Assembly (NCBI GenBank): GCA_035713465.1
Contig: DASSZP010000056.1
Span: 9,121-73,120 of the forward strand
Length of the DNA: 64,000 bases
Reading direction: 5' to 3'
Source: Solirubrobacteraceae bacterium
GTDB lineage: Bacteria > Actinomycetota > Thermoleophilia > Solirubrobacterales > Solirubrobacteraceae
The notes beneath the pieces are model-generated. The model saw only the letters and a program-made list of their open reading frames with translations. It was not told where the DNA came from and did not search any database. Position 1 is the stretch's first letter. Every line of letters starts with the position of its first letter. Below, piece by piece: positions 17,677 through 26,975 of the stretch. The position numbers and the translations under genes were made by a program.

Positions 17677-19485
17677 ATGGAGCACTTGGACACATTCCTG
17701 CGCCGGCATCCGCCCTTCTCGGGTCTGGACCCGGATCTCGTGATCGAGCTGGCCGCGAATCCGGTTATCCGCCCGGTGCCGGCGGGCGAGATCGTGCTCG
17801 TCGAGGACGGACTGCCCGCCGACGGGATGTGGGTGCTCTATGAGGGATCGATGGAGCTGGTGCATCAGGGCCAGGTGGTCTCGGTGCTCGAGCCCGGCCA
17901 GAGCTTCGGCCATCCCTCGCTGCTGACCGGGATGGCCCCGACCTTCACCGTCCGCGCCCGTGACGCCTCGCGGTGCCTGTGGCTCGACGCGGCGACGGCG
18001 CGCCGGGTGCTCGGCACTGAGGCCGGGGCCGCCTTCGTCGCCGCGACGATGCGGGAGCGGCTGACTCAGGTCGGACACACGGCGCACGGCCTGCAGGATG
18101 TGGGCACGACACCGGTCTCGGCGATCATGCGCCCGGCGGTGTTCGGAGATCCGGAGGAGTCCGTGCGCACCGCGATCACGCGCCTGGGCGAGCCCCAGGG
18201 GACGGCGGCGTTGCTCCTGCGCCTGCCCGCCGGGGAGCTGGCCATGGTCACCGATGCCGATGTCCGGGCCCGGCTGGCCGCGGGCACGATCGCGCTCGAC
18301 GCGCCCGTGCGCGAGATCGCGCGCAGCCCGGTGGCCACGGTGCCCATCGGCCAGCTCGCGGTCGAGGCGACGGTCGACATGCTGGCGGCCGGCGTCGAGC
18401 ACCTGCCGGTGGTCGAGAACGGCCAGGTGTGCGGTCTGATCTCCGCCGCCGACCTGCTCGGCCTCGACGCCCAGAGTCCGATCGGGCTGCGGCACACGAT
18501 CCTCGGCGCGCCGGACGCCGAGGTGCTCGAGCGCGCGACCGCGCATCTGCCTGCCCTGTTCCTCGCGCTCGCGCGCGCGGGGGTTCCGTCACGTGACCTG
18601 GGGCGCGTGCTCAGCCTCCAGCACGACGCCGTGGTCACCCGGCTGATCGACTTCTCGCTGTGGCGCCACGGCCCCGCTCCCGAGCTGTGGGCCTTCTTGG
18701 ATCTGGGCAGCGCCGCTCGCCGCGAGTTCACCCTGGCCTCCGATCAGGACAACGGACTGGCCTATGCCCAGCCCGCCGCCGAGGCCGAGGCGGAGACCGA
18801 TACCTATTTCGCCCGGCTCGGCCAGGAGGTCAATGCGGGGCTGACCCGGTGCGGCATCGCCACCGACAACAACGGCGTGCTGGCCGGCGATCGCCGGTGG
18901 CGGATGAGCGCTCCCCGTTGGCTGACCACGTTCGACGAATGCCTCACCGTCCCGGACGAATCGCACCTCATCCGGGCCACGGTCGCGTTCGACTTCCGCA
19001 CGGCGGCCGGCGGGCTGGAGCTGGCCCCCCAGCTCACCGCGCGCATCCGCGCCGCCCGCGAGCACGGTCCGTTCATGCGCCTCATGGCCCGGGCGGCGGC
19101 CGGCTTCCCGGTCGCGCTGGGCTTCCGAGGGCAGCTCAGCACCGGCGCGGACGGGCGGCTGGACATCAAGCGGGGCGGGGTCATCCCGCTGGTCAACCTG
19201 GTGCGCTATCACGCGCTGGCCAACGGGGTGTCGATCTCCTCCACCCAGGACCGGATCGAGGCCGTGACCGAGGCGGGCGGCCTGCCCCGCGCCGACGGAG
19301 ACGCGCTGGCCGAGGCCTTCGCGGCGATTACCGCTGTGCGCTTCGACCACCACGCCGCCCGGATCGCCGCCGGCGAGCCGGTCGACAACATGATCGATCC
19401 GGCCGCCCTCGCTCCGCTGGCCCGCGGGGAGCTGCGTGAGGCGCTGGCCATCGTGCGCCGCGCCCAGAAGCGCCTGCCGGTGTGA
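17677..19485 (+). CDS. cNMP-binding + 2xCBS + DUF294 nucleotidyltransferase with intact motif
   Basis: FLRRHPPFSGL cNMP domain; CBS pair; GSAARREFTLASDQDNGL pol-beta/GlnE-like motif; LDIKRGG substrate-binding region. Confidence 0.88.
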   Translation: MEHLDTFLRRHPPFSGLDPDLVIELAANPVIRPVPAGEIVLVEDGLPADGMWVLYEGSMELVHQGQVVSVLEPGQSFGHPSLLTGMAPTFTVRARDASRCLWLDAATARRVLGTEAGAAFVAATMRERLTQVGHTAHGLQDVGTTPVSAIMRPAVFGDPEESVRTAITRLGEPQGTAALLLRLPAGELAMVTDADVRARLAAGTIALDAPVREIARSPVATVPIGQLAVEATVDMLAAGVEHLPVVENGQVCGLISAADLLGLDAQSPIGLRHTILGAPDAEVLERATAHLPALFLALARAGVPSRDLGRVLSLQHDAVVTRLIDFSLWRHGPAPELWAFLDLGSAARREFTLASDQDNGLAYAQPAAEAEAETDTYFARLGQEVNAGLTRCGIATDNNGVLAGDRRWRMSAPRWLTTFDECLTVPDESHLIRATVAFDFRTAAGGLELAPQLTARIRAAREHGPFMRLMARAAAGFPVALGFRGQLSTGADGRLDIKRGGVIPLVNLVRYHALANGVSISSTQDRIEAVTEAGGLPRADGDALAEAFAAITAVRFDHHAARIAAGEPVDNMIDPAALAPLARGELREALAIVRRAQKRLPV

Positions 19486-19573
19486 TGGCTCCGGAGGCAC
19501 GGGGCGAGGCCCCGTCGCCGCCTCACGAGAATGCGCGGGCTGTGGTGACGCCCTCCACACTCCGCGACCAAAC

Positions 19574-19590
19574 TGTGCGCTGTGGACATA
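19574..19590 (+). promoter_or_regulatory. Candidate operator TGTGCGCTgtGgACATA upstream of mgsA
   Basis: 14/17 identity with 13420-13436; followed by a TACTGT -10-like hexamer (19614-19619) 7 nt before the ATG. Confidence 0.55.
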
Positions 19591-19626
19591 TTGGAGTGGT
19601 GAGCGCGATTGACTACTGTGGCCGCC

Positions 19627-20535
19627 ATGTGCGGAATTGCCGGCCTCTACACGAAAACGAGCGCGTTGCGACCGCAGGTCGGCCATCACATGGCGGCGAT
19701 GCTCCAGCAGCTCGCCTTCCGCGGCCCCGACAGTGCGGGCGTCGCCTTCTACCGGGAGCCGGCTGCGGAGGGATCGAGCAAGCTCTCGCTGCACTCGGCC
19801 GATCCGGCGGTGGCGTGGGACCGCCTCGGCGCCCAGCTGCAGCACGCCTTCGGCGACGCCTCACCGCCGCGGGTGCGGGACACGCACGCCGTGTTCGTGG
19901 TCGGTGCTCCGGCCGCTGAGGTCGAGGCGTGGCTGGCCGCAGAGCACCCCGAGCTGACCGTGATGAGCGCCGGGCGCAGCATCGAGATCTACAAGGCCGC
20001 GGGCCCGCCGGCTGAGTTCGTGGAGCGCTTCTCGCTGGACGGGATCGACGGCAGCCACGCGCTCGGCCACACCCGAATGGCGACCGAGAGCCGGGTCACG
20101 ACCGAGCACTCGCACCCGTTCTCGACCGGCCTTGACCTGTGCCTGGTCCACAACGGCTCGCTGTCGAACCACAACCGCCTGCGGCGCACCCTGCGCCGCG
20201 AGGGCATCAGCTTCACCACCGACAACGACTCTGAGGTCGCGGCGGGCTACCTCACCTGGCGGATGCGCGAAGGGGCGACGCTCGAGCAGGCGCTGGAGGG
20301 CTGTATGGATGATCTGGACGGTTTCTACACCTTTGCCGTCGGGACCGAGGACGGCTTCGCCGTCCTGCGCGACCCGATCGCCTGCAAGCCGGCGGTGATG
20401 GCCGAGACCGACGAGTGGGTGGCGATGGCCTCCGAGTACCGGGCAATCGCGGTGCTGCCGGGCGCCGAGGACGCCGCGACGTGGGAGCCCGAGCCGGGCC
20501 GCGTCTACAGCTGGGGCCGGACTCCCGTGGCCTGA
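19627..20535 (+). CDS. mgsA: N-methylglutamate synthase subunit A (class II glutamine amidotransferase, GlxB)
   Basis: MCGIAG N-terminal Cys, RGPDSAG, GHTRMATES, HNGSLSNHN, NDSEVAA. Confidence 0.88.
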   Translation: MCGIAGLYTKTSALRPQVGHHMAAMLQQLAFRGPDSAGVAFYREPAAEGSSKLSLHSADPAVAWDRLGAQLQHAFGDASPPRVRDTHAVFVVGAPAAEVEAWLAAEHPELTVMSAGRSIEIYKAAGPPAEFVERFSLDGIDGSHALGHTRMATESRVTTEHSHPFSTGLDLCLVHNGSLSNHNRLRRTLRREGISFTTDNDSEVAAGYLTWRMREGATLEQALEGCMDDLDGFYTFAVGTEDGFAVLRDPIACKPAVMAETDEWVAMASEYRAIAVLPGAEDAATWEPEPGRVYSWGRTPVA

Positions 20536-21230
20536 TGGCGGTCACCCGGGACAGTGTCCTGACCGTCGACCTCGCCGTCGAGCGCGTCCGCGACCTCAAC
20601 CAGCGCTTGCACGCGGCGGAGCTGCCCGCGGCTGTTCGCGTGATCAATCCGATGGGCCGCCACAGCATCGCGGCTGGCATCGACGGGGCCTGCGAGGTCG
20701 AGATCGAGGGTCACGTCGGCTACTACTGCGCGGGCATGAACAAGCACGCCACCGTCCGCGTGCGTGGCAACTGCGGCGTCGGCGTGGCCGAGAACATGAT
20801 GTCCGGGACGGTGATCATCGAGGGGTCGGCCAGCCAGTCGGCCGCGGCGACGGCCCGCGGCGGACTGCTCGTCGTCCACGGCGACGCCGCCGCCCGCTGC
20901 GCGATCTCGCTCAAGGGCGCCGACGTGGTCATCCGCGGGAGCATCGGGCACATGGGCGCGTTCCTGGGCCAGCGCGGCACCCTGGTCGTGTGCGGCGACG
21001 CGGGCGAGGCCCTGGGGGACTCGATCTACGAGACGCACGTGTACGTCCGCGGCCGGGTGGCCAGCCTCGGCGCCGACTGCGTGGAGAAGGAGATGCGCTC
21101 CGAGCACCACGCGGAGCTGACGCGCCTGCTCGGCCGCGCCGAGACCGCGGCCGACCCCGCGGAGTTCCGCCGCTACGGCTCCGCCCGTCAGCTCTACAAC
21201 TTCCACATCGACAACGCAGGGGCGTACTGA
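20535..21230 (+). CDS. mgsB: N-methylglutamate synthase subunit B (GlxC, GXGXG domain)
   Basis: GHVGYYCAGMN, GVAENMMSG, SARQLYNF; TGATG overlaps at both ends. Confidence 0.88.
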   Translation: MAVTRDSVLTVDLAVERVRDLNQRLHAAELPAAVRVINPMGRHSIAAGIDGACEVEIEGHVGYYCAGMNKHATVRVRGNCGVGVAENMMSGTVIIEGSASQSAAATARGGLLVVHGDAAARCAISLKGADVVIRGSIGHMGAFLGQRGTLVVCGDAGEALGDSIYETHVYVRGRVASLGADCVEKEMRSEHHAELTRLLGRAETAADPAEFRRYGSARQLYNFHIDNAGAY

Positions 21231-22564
21231 TGAGCGCGAGCAACGGCTGGCATCCGGGCCTGCGCGAGTCCGCGACCTTTGACCGCAACACGATCGCGGA
21301 GATCCAGCGTGCGGCCCGCGAGGGCATCTACGACGTCCGGGGCTTCGGGGCCAAGCGCCCGCTGCCGCACTTCGATGACCTGCTGTTCCTCGGGGCCAGC
21401 GTGTCGCGCTATCCGCTGGAGGGCTACCGCGAGCGCTGCGCCACCGACGTGACGATCGGGACCCGCTTCGCCCGCGAGCCGATCCACCTCGACATCCCGG
21501 TGACCATCGCCGGGATGAGCTTCGGCGCCCTCTCGGGGCAGGCCAAGGAGGCGCTGGGGCGGGGCGCAAGCGCCGTCGGCACCTCAACGACCACCGGTGA
21601 CGGCGGGATGACCGAGGAGGAGCGCGGCCACTCGACCAAGCTCGTCTACCAGCTGCTGCCGTCCCGCTACGGGATGAACCCCGACGACCTGCGCCGCGCC
21701 GACGCGATCGAGATCGTCGTCGGCCAGGGCGCCAAGCCCGGCGGCGGCGGGATGCTGCTCGGCCACAAGATCTCTGACCGCGTGGCCGAGATGCGCGACC
21801 TGCCCAAGGGCATCGACCAGCGCAGCGCGTGCCGGCACCCGGACTGGACCGGTCCCGACGACCTCGAGATCAAGATCGACGAGCTGCGCGAGATCACCGA
21901 CTGGCGGATCCCCATCTACATCAAGATCGGAGCCAGCCGCACCTATTTCGACGTCGCCCTCGCGGTCAAGGCCGGGGCGGACGCGATCGTGCTCGACGGC
22001 ATGCAGGGCGGCACCGCAGCCACCCAGGACGTGTTCATCGAGCACGTCGGGATCCCGATCCTCGCCGCCATCCCGCAGGCCGTGCAGTCGCTCACTGATC
22101 TCGGGATGCACCGCGAGGTGGCGCTGATCGTCTCCGGCGGCATCCGCAACGGCGCCGACGTGGCCAAGGCGATGGCCCTGGGCGCGGACGCGGTCTCGAT
22201 CGGGGTCGCGGCGATGATCGCGCTGGGCGACAACGCGCCCGAGCACCAGGCCGGCTATGAGGAGCTCGGCTCCGCGGCCGGCTTCTACGACGACTGGCAG
22301 GCCGGGCGCGACCCCGCCGGGATCTCCACCCAGGAGCCGGAGCTGGCCGCGCGCCTGGACCCGGTCGAGGGCGGTCGGCGGCTGGCCAACTACCTGCGCA
22401 CGATGACGCTCGAGGCCCAGACGCTGGCCCGCGCGTGCGGCAAGTCGCACCTGCACAACCTGGAGCCCGAGGACCTGGTGGCGCTGACCATCGAGGCCGC
22501 CGCCATGGCGCGGGTCCCGCTGGCCGGCACGGGCTGGATCCCGGGCGTCACCGCGGGCGTCTGA
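21230..22564 (+). CDS. mgsC: N-methylglutamate synthase subunit C (GlxD, FMN-binding glutamate synthase family)
   Basis: SRYPLEGYRE, AGMSFGALS, GQGAKPGGGG, RSACRHPDWTGPDDL, DGMQGGTAAT. Confidence 0.9.
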   Translation: MSASNGWHPGLRESATFDRNTIAEIQRAAREGIYDVRGFGAKRPLPHFDDLLFLGASVSRYPLEGYRERCATDVTIGTRFAREPIHLDIPVTIAGMSFGALSGQAKEALGRGASAVGTSTTTGDGGMTEEERGHSTKLVYQLLPSRYGMNPDDLRRADAIEIVVGQGAKPGGGGMLLGHKISDRVAEMRDLPKGIDQRSACRHPDWTGPDDLEIKIDELREITDWRIPIYIKIGASRTYFDVALAVKAGADAIVLDGMQGGTAATQDVFIEHVGIPILAAIPQAVQSLTDLGMHREVALIVSGGIRNGADVAKAMALGADAVSIGVAAMIALGDNAPEHQAGYEELGSAAGFYDDWQAGRDPAGISTQEPELAARLDPVEGGRRLANYLRTMTLEAQTLARACGKSHLHNLEPEDLVALTIEAAAMARVPLAGTGWIPGVTAGV

Positions 22565-22567
22565 GGC

Positions 22568-23518
22568 TCACGGCGCCGGTTCTTCGGCCGTTCCGGCCCC
22601 CCCGGATGCTCCTGCCGCCCCGCCCGCCCCGGTGGCCGCGATCCGTGACGCGGTGATCGCGCCCGCCACGAGCATGACCACCCCGTAGACGCCGGGCACG
22701 GCGGCGGCCCGCGGGCCGAAGGCCTGCGCGGCCAGCGCTGCGGCGACGGCGAAGTCGCGCATGCCGATGGCCAGCGCGCCCGGGATGGCGGCGGCGCCCG
22801 GGGCCGTGCGCCGGCGCCAGAGCTCGCCCAGCAGCCCCGAGACGAGCAGGAAGATGAGCGCCGCGGCCAGGGCCGCGCCCAGGCCATGCGCGCCTTGCGT
22901 GCCGCTGAGCGCGCCGTAGACGAGCAGCACGACGGCCAGCGCGGCCACCCCGTCGCGCTGGGCGTCGACGGCGGCCAGCCCGGGCCGCAGCGTGCGCGCC
23001 GCCACCCCGGCGATCAGCGGCCCGATCACCACCAGCGCGAAGCGTCCGAGCAGCGAGGCCGCACCGCCACCGGCGTGGGCCGAGGTGCCGGCGAGCACGC
23101 CGATCAGCAGCGGGCCCGTCACCGCGGCGATGATCAATGAGCCGGTCACCGCTCCGAGCGCGATCGTCGCGTCGGCTCCGGCCAGGGCGACCAGGCCGAC
23201 GGTGGCCACCTCGGAGCTGGACAGGCCGACGGCCAGCAGGCCGTCGCGCACGTCGGGGCCGAAGCCGCGGCCGATCAGCCAGGCCAGGGGAGCGAGCACG
23301 AGCAGCGGGGCGATCGACAGGACGGCCACGGCCGTGCGGTGCCGGCGCAGTGCGCGCAGCTCACCGGCCGGGATGCCGAGCGCGGTGGCCAGGACGAGCA
23401 GCGCGAGCAGCAGGTCGGAGTGGCCGGCCAGCGCCCGGGAGGGGACGACCAGGGCGAGCAGCGCCGCCAGCAGGGCGAGCGGCGTCAGGGCACGGGGAGC
23501 GGCGGCGAGCAGGCGCAT
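22568..23518 (-). CDS. Bile acid:sodium symporter (BASS/SBF)-like membrane protein
   Basis: About 9-10 hydrophobic segments; GLLAVGLSSSEVA and GMRDFAVAAALA resemble SBF motifs. Confidence 0.65.
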   Translation of the reverse strand: MRLLAAAPRALTPLALLAALLALVVPSRALAGHSDLLLALLVLATALGIPAGELRALRRHRTAVAVLSIAPLLVLAPLAWLIGRGFGPDVRDGLLAVGLSSSEVATVGLVALAGADATIALGAVTGSLIIAAVTGPLLIGVLAGTSAHAGGGAASLLGRFALVVIGPLIAGVAARTLRPGLAAVDAQRDGVAALAVVLLVYGALSGTQGAHGLGAALAAALIFLLVSGLLGELWRRRTAPGAAAIPGALAIGMRDFAVAAALAAQAFGPRAAAVPGVYGVVMLVAGAITASRIAATGAGGAAGASGGAGTAEEPAP

Positions 23519-23573
23519 GGGCGGGGTGCCGCAGGCTCCGAGGCAGCGCGCGGCCTTGAGTAGGGTGACGGAG

Positions 23574-24596
23574 ATGCAACCACGCACGCTGGGAAGCACC
23601 GGAGTCAAGGTCTCGCCCCTGTGCCTGGGGGCGATGATGTTCGGGGCCTGGGGCAACCCCGACCACGAGGACTCGATCCGCATCATCCACCGCGCGCTCG
23701 ACGCCGGCATCAACTTCATCGACACCGCCGACGTCTACTCGCGCGGTGAATCCGAGGCGATCGTCGGCAAGGCCCTGGCCGGGGGCAAGCGCGACAACGT
23801 GATTCTGGCCACCAAGGTCCACGGGACGATGGGCGAGGACCCCAACGAGGGCGGCAACTCGCGCCGCTGGATCGTCAGGGAGGTCGAGAGCTCGCTGCGC
23901 CGCCTGGGCACCGACTGGATCGACCTCTACCAGATCCATCGCCCCGCGGCCGACACCGACATCGACGAGACGCTCGGCGCGCTGACCGATCTCGTGCGCG
24001 CCGGCAAGGTCCGCTACATCGGCTCCTCGACCTTCCCCGCCTCGCAGATCGTCGAGGCCCAGTGGACGGCGGAGCGCCGCGGCCGCGAGCGCTTCGTCTG
24101 CGAGCAGCCGCCGTACTCGCTGCTCGTGCGCGAGATCGAGAAGGACGTGCTGGCCACCACCCAGCGCTACGGCATGGGCGTCATCCCGTGGAGCCCGCTG
24201 GCCGGCGGCTGGCTGTCGGGCCAGTGGCGCAAGGGCCAGGACGCGCCCAGCTCGAGCCGGCGCGAGCGGATGCCCGACCGCTTTGATCTCTCGCGGCCGG
24301 AGAATCAGCGCAAGCTCGAGGCTGCCGATGCCCTCGCCGGGCTGGCCGAGGAGGCCGGGATGACGCTGATCGAGATGGCGATCGCGTTCGTGATCCGTCA
24401 TCCCGCGGTGACGGCGGCGATCATCGGCCCGCGCACGATGCCGCAGCTCGAGTCCCAGCTCGGAGCGGCCGACATCACCCTCTCCGATGACGTGCTGGAC
24501 CGGATCGACGCGATCGTGCCCCCCGGCGTGAACCTCAGCCCGACCGACGGTGGCGTCGGCAACCCGGCGCTCGAGCCGTCCGCTCGCCGGCGCTGA
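23574..24596 (+). CDS. Aldo/keto reductase
   Basis: LCLGAMMFG, INFIDTADVYS, SLRRLGTDWIDLYQIH, GKVRYIGSS, WSPLAGGWL. Confidence 0.95.
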   Translation: MQPRTLGSTGVKVSPLCLGAMMFGAWGNPDHEDSIRIIHRALDAGINFIDTADVYSRGESEAIVGKALAGGKRDNVILATKVHGTMGEDPNEGGNSRRWIVREVESSLRRLGTDWIDLYQIHRPAADTDIDETLGALTDLVRAGKVRYIGSSTFPASQIVEAQWTAERRGRERFVCEQPPYSLLVREIEKDVLATTQRYGMGVIPWSPLAGGWLSGQWRKGQDAPSSSRRERMPDRFDLSRPENQRKLEAADALAGLAEEAGMTLIEMAIAFVIRHPAVTAAIIGPRTMPQLESQLGAADITLSDDVLDRIDAIVPPGVNLSPTDGGVGNPALEPSARRR

Positions 24597-24666
24597 ACGA
24601 TCCGGCCGCTCGCGCCGCCCGGTGACGCCGTCTACTGACGGCCCGGGCGGTGAGCACCGGCCCGGG

Positions 24667-25455
24667 TCATCCCGCGCGCAGTCGCTCCGCCGTCGCCGCG
24701 TCGGCGGGGAAGAACGCCTCCACCGACAGCTCCGCCACGGTGACGTCGACGGCGGTACCGAACGTCGTCACCGTGCTGAAGAAGCGCAGCTCGCCCGCCG
24801 GCGAGGCCAGGTGCAGCGCGACCATGACCGCGGCGCCGTCGGGCGGCACGGGCGGCGGCGGCCCCGGATAGCCGGCCAGCTCCTCGCGCAGCGCCCGCAG
24901 CCGATCGTCGCCGGTGAGCGCGACCTCCCGGGCCAGGCGCTCGAGCAGGTGCCCGCGCCACTCTCCGAGGTTGAGGATCCGCGGCGCCAGCCCCTCGGGG
25001 TGCAGAGCCAGGCGCATGCAGTTGACCGGCGGGCGCAGCAACTCGGGCGCGACGCCCTCCAGCAGCGGCGCGAGCGACGCGTTGGAGGCGACGAGGTTCC
25101 AGTGGCGGTCGACCGCGAAGGCCGGGTAGGGCTCGTGGCCGGCGAGCACGTGCCCGACCGCATCGCGGACCGCCGCCAGCTCGGGATCGTCGAGCGCCCG
25201 CGCCGGGAACTGTGGCGCGTACCCGGCGGCGAGCAGCAGGTCGTTGCGCTCCCGCAGGGGCACCTCGAGCTGCTCGGCCAGGTGCAGCACCATCTCGGGG
25301 CTGGGCCGCGAGCGGCCGGTCTCGACGAAGCTGAGATGCCGCGTCGAGACCCCGGCCTCCAGGGCCAGCTCCATCTGGCTCAGCCGCCGGCGCTGGCGCC
25401 AGTCGCGCAGCAGGCGCCCGACCTCGCCGTTGCGGTTCTCGGCGATCGTCACCAT
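24667..25455 (-). CDS. XRE-family HTH regulator with MmyB-like ligand-binding domain
   Basis: RRRLSQMELALEAGVSTRHLSFVETGRSRPS; HEPYPAFAVDRHWN; FFSTVTTFGT; EAFFPAD. Confidence 0.9.
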   Translation of the reverse strand: MVTIAENRNGEVGRLLRDWRQRRRLSQMELALEAGVSTRHLSFVETGRSRPSPEMVLHLAEQLEVPLRERNDLLLAAGYAPQFPARALDDPELAAVRDAVGHVLAGHEPYPAFAVDRHWNLVASNASLAPLLEGVAPELLRPPVNCMRLALHPEGLAPRILNLGEWRGHLLERLAREVALTGDDRLRALREELAGYPGPPPPVPPDGAAVMVALHLASPAGELRFFSTVTTFGTAVDVTVAELSVEAFFPADAATAERLRAG

Positions 25456-25457
25456 GA

Positions 25458-26882
25458 TCAGCGTACCGGCGCTGGGAGCAGGCGCGAGACCCCGGCGACC
25501 GCGGCCAGCGTCACCGCCAGCACGGCCACGCTGAGCTCGAAGGCGGGCGCAAAGCCGTGGCCCACCGCCCCGTAGAACAGGACGCCGATCACCGCCACGC
25601 CGAGCGCCGAGCCGACGAACTGCACGGTGGTCAGCACGCCCGAGGTGGCACCGATGTGCTCGGCCGGCATCACCGCCATGACGATCGCCGGCACGGTGCT
25701 GATCACCAGGCCCATGCCGATCCCGACCAGCATCAGCCCCGGCACGAGCACCCCGAGCGACCCGCCGCTGCCGATGTCGGCCACCGCCGCCAGCAGCGCC
25801 AGGTGCCCGGCCGCGAGCACGCCGGCCCCGACGGCCAGCACGCGGCGACCGTGGCGCTCGGCCAGTGCCGGCGCCCGCAGCGAGGCGACGACGTAGGTGA
25901 CGGCCAGGATCGTGACCATCAGCCCGGCGTGCAGCGCGCTCAGTCCCCGGCCCAGCTGGAGGTAGAGCGTCAGGATCAGGAAGAACGAGCCCTGTCCGCA
26001 CCAGAACAGCAGCTGGGCGGCCAGACCGGCGCGGAACTCGGCGATCGCGAACAGTCCCGGCGGGAGCAGCGGAGCGCCGCCGCCGGCGGCCAGCCGGCGC
26101 TGGTGCCCGACCAACGCGGCGACCAGGGCCGGAGCGGCGGCCAGCGACAGCCACGTCCACAGCGGCCAGCCGTGGGCGCGGCCGTCGACGAGCGGCAGCA
26201 TGACCGCGGTGAGGGCCAGCGTGGCCAGGATCGTGCCCCCGAGGTCAAGCCCGGGCCGCGACGGCGCCCGGGACTCCGGAATCACCCGCGGGGCCGCGGC
26301 CAGCGCCGCCAGCCCGATCGGGATGTTGATGAGAAAGCAGCTGCGCCAGCCCAGCCCCGCCAGGTTGGCCTGCACGAGCACCCCGCCGATGAGCTGGCCC
26401 GACACGGCGGCCACCCCCATCGACATGCCGTAGGCGGCCAGCGCCCGGGCGCGGTCGGCTCCGGTGTACAGGACGGTGATGATCGCCAGCACGTTGGGCC
26501 CGAGCAGCGCCGCCGAGGCGCCCTGCACGAGCCGGGCGGCGACGAGCACGCCGGGCGTGGGGGCCAGCCCGCAGCCGGCCGAGCTGAGCGTGAACAGCGC
26601 CAGCCCGGCGGTGAACACGCGCATGCGCCCGATCCGGTCACCGAGGCGCGCGCCGGTGATCAGGAACACGGCGGTCGTGAGCCCGTAGCCGGCGACGACC
26701 CATTCGACCGCGCCGCTGGAGGCATGCAGCCCGGTCTGCATCGCCGGCAGGGCGACGTTGACGATGAAGAAGTCGAGAACCATCATGAACGTGCCGGCGA
26801 GGACCACCGGCAGCGGGGCCCAGTGCCCGAACGCGCGCGACGCCGGGAGGGGCGGGGGTGAGGTGAGGGTGTCTGTGCTCAT
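25458..26882 (-). CDS. MFS transporter (DHA2/EmrB-QacA type)
   Basis: LDFFIVNVALP, GARLGDRIGR, WRSCFLINIPIG; about 14 TM segments. Confidence 0.92.
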   Translation of the reverse strand: MSTDTLTSPPPLPASRAFGHWAPLPVVLAGTFMMVLDFFIVNVALPAMQTGLHASSGAVEWVVAGYGLTTAVFLITGARLGDRIGRMRVFTAGLALFTLSSAGCGLAPTPGVLVAARLVQGASAALLGPNVLAIITVLYTGADRARALAAYGMSMGVAAVSGQLIGGVLVQANLAGLGWRSCFLINIPIGLAALAAAPRVIPESRAPSRPGLDLGGTILATLALTAVMLPLVDGRAHGWPLWTWLSLAAAPALVAALVGHQRRLAAGGGAPLLPPGLFAIAEFRAGLAAQLLFWCGQGSFFLILTLYLQLGRGLSALHAGLMVTILAVTYVVASLRAPALAERHGRRVLAVGAGVLAAGHLALLAAVADIGSGGSLGVLVPGLMLVGIGMGLVISTVPAIVMAVMPAEHIGATSGVLTTVQFVGSALGVAVIGVLFYGAVGHGFAPAFELSVAVLAVTLAAVAGVSRLLPAPVR

Positions 26883-26975
26883 GGCCGCCACCGTGGCGGA
26901 TGGCGGTCATGCCGTCGATGACGTCTGAGGTAACGGCGGGCGGTCCGGCACCGCCCATGCGTCGCTGTGGGCGGG

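Noticed and set aside
19627-22564. Fragmented (pseudogenised) glutamate synthase gltB
   Set aside because: Three intact ORFs with TGATG coupling match the normal glxBCD/mgsABC organisation
26911-26937. Possible XRE/MmyB operator ATGACGTCTGAGGTAAC upstream of the MFS gene
   Set aside because: Dyad symmetry is weak (about 10/17) and there is only one copy; not enough to call
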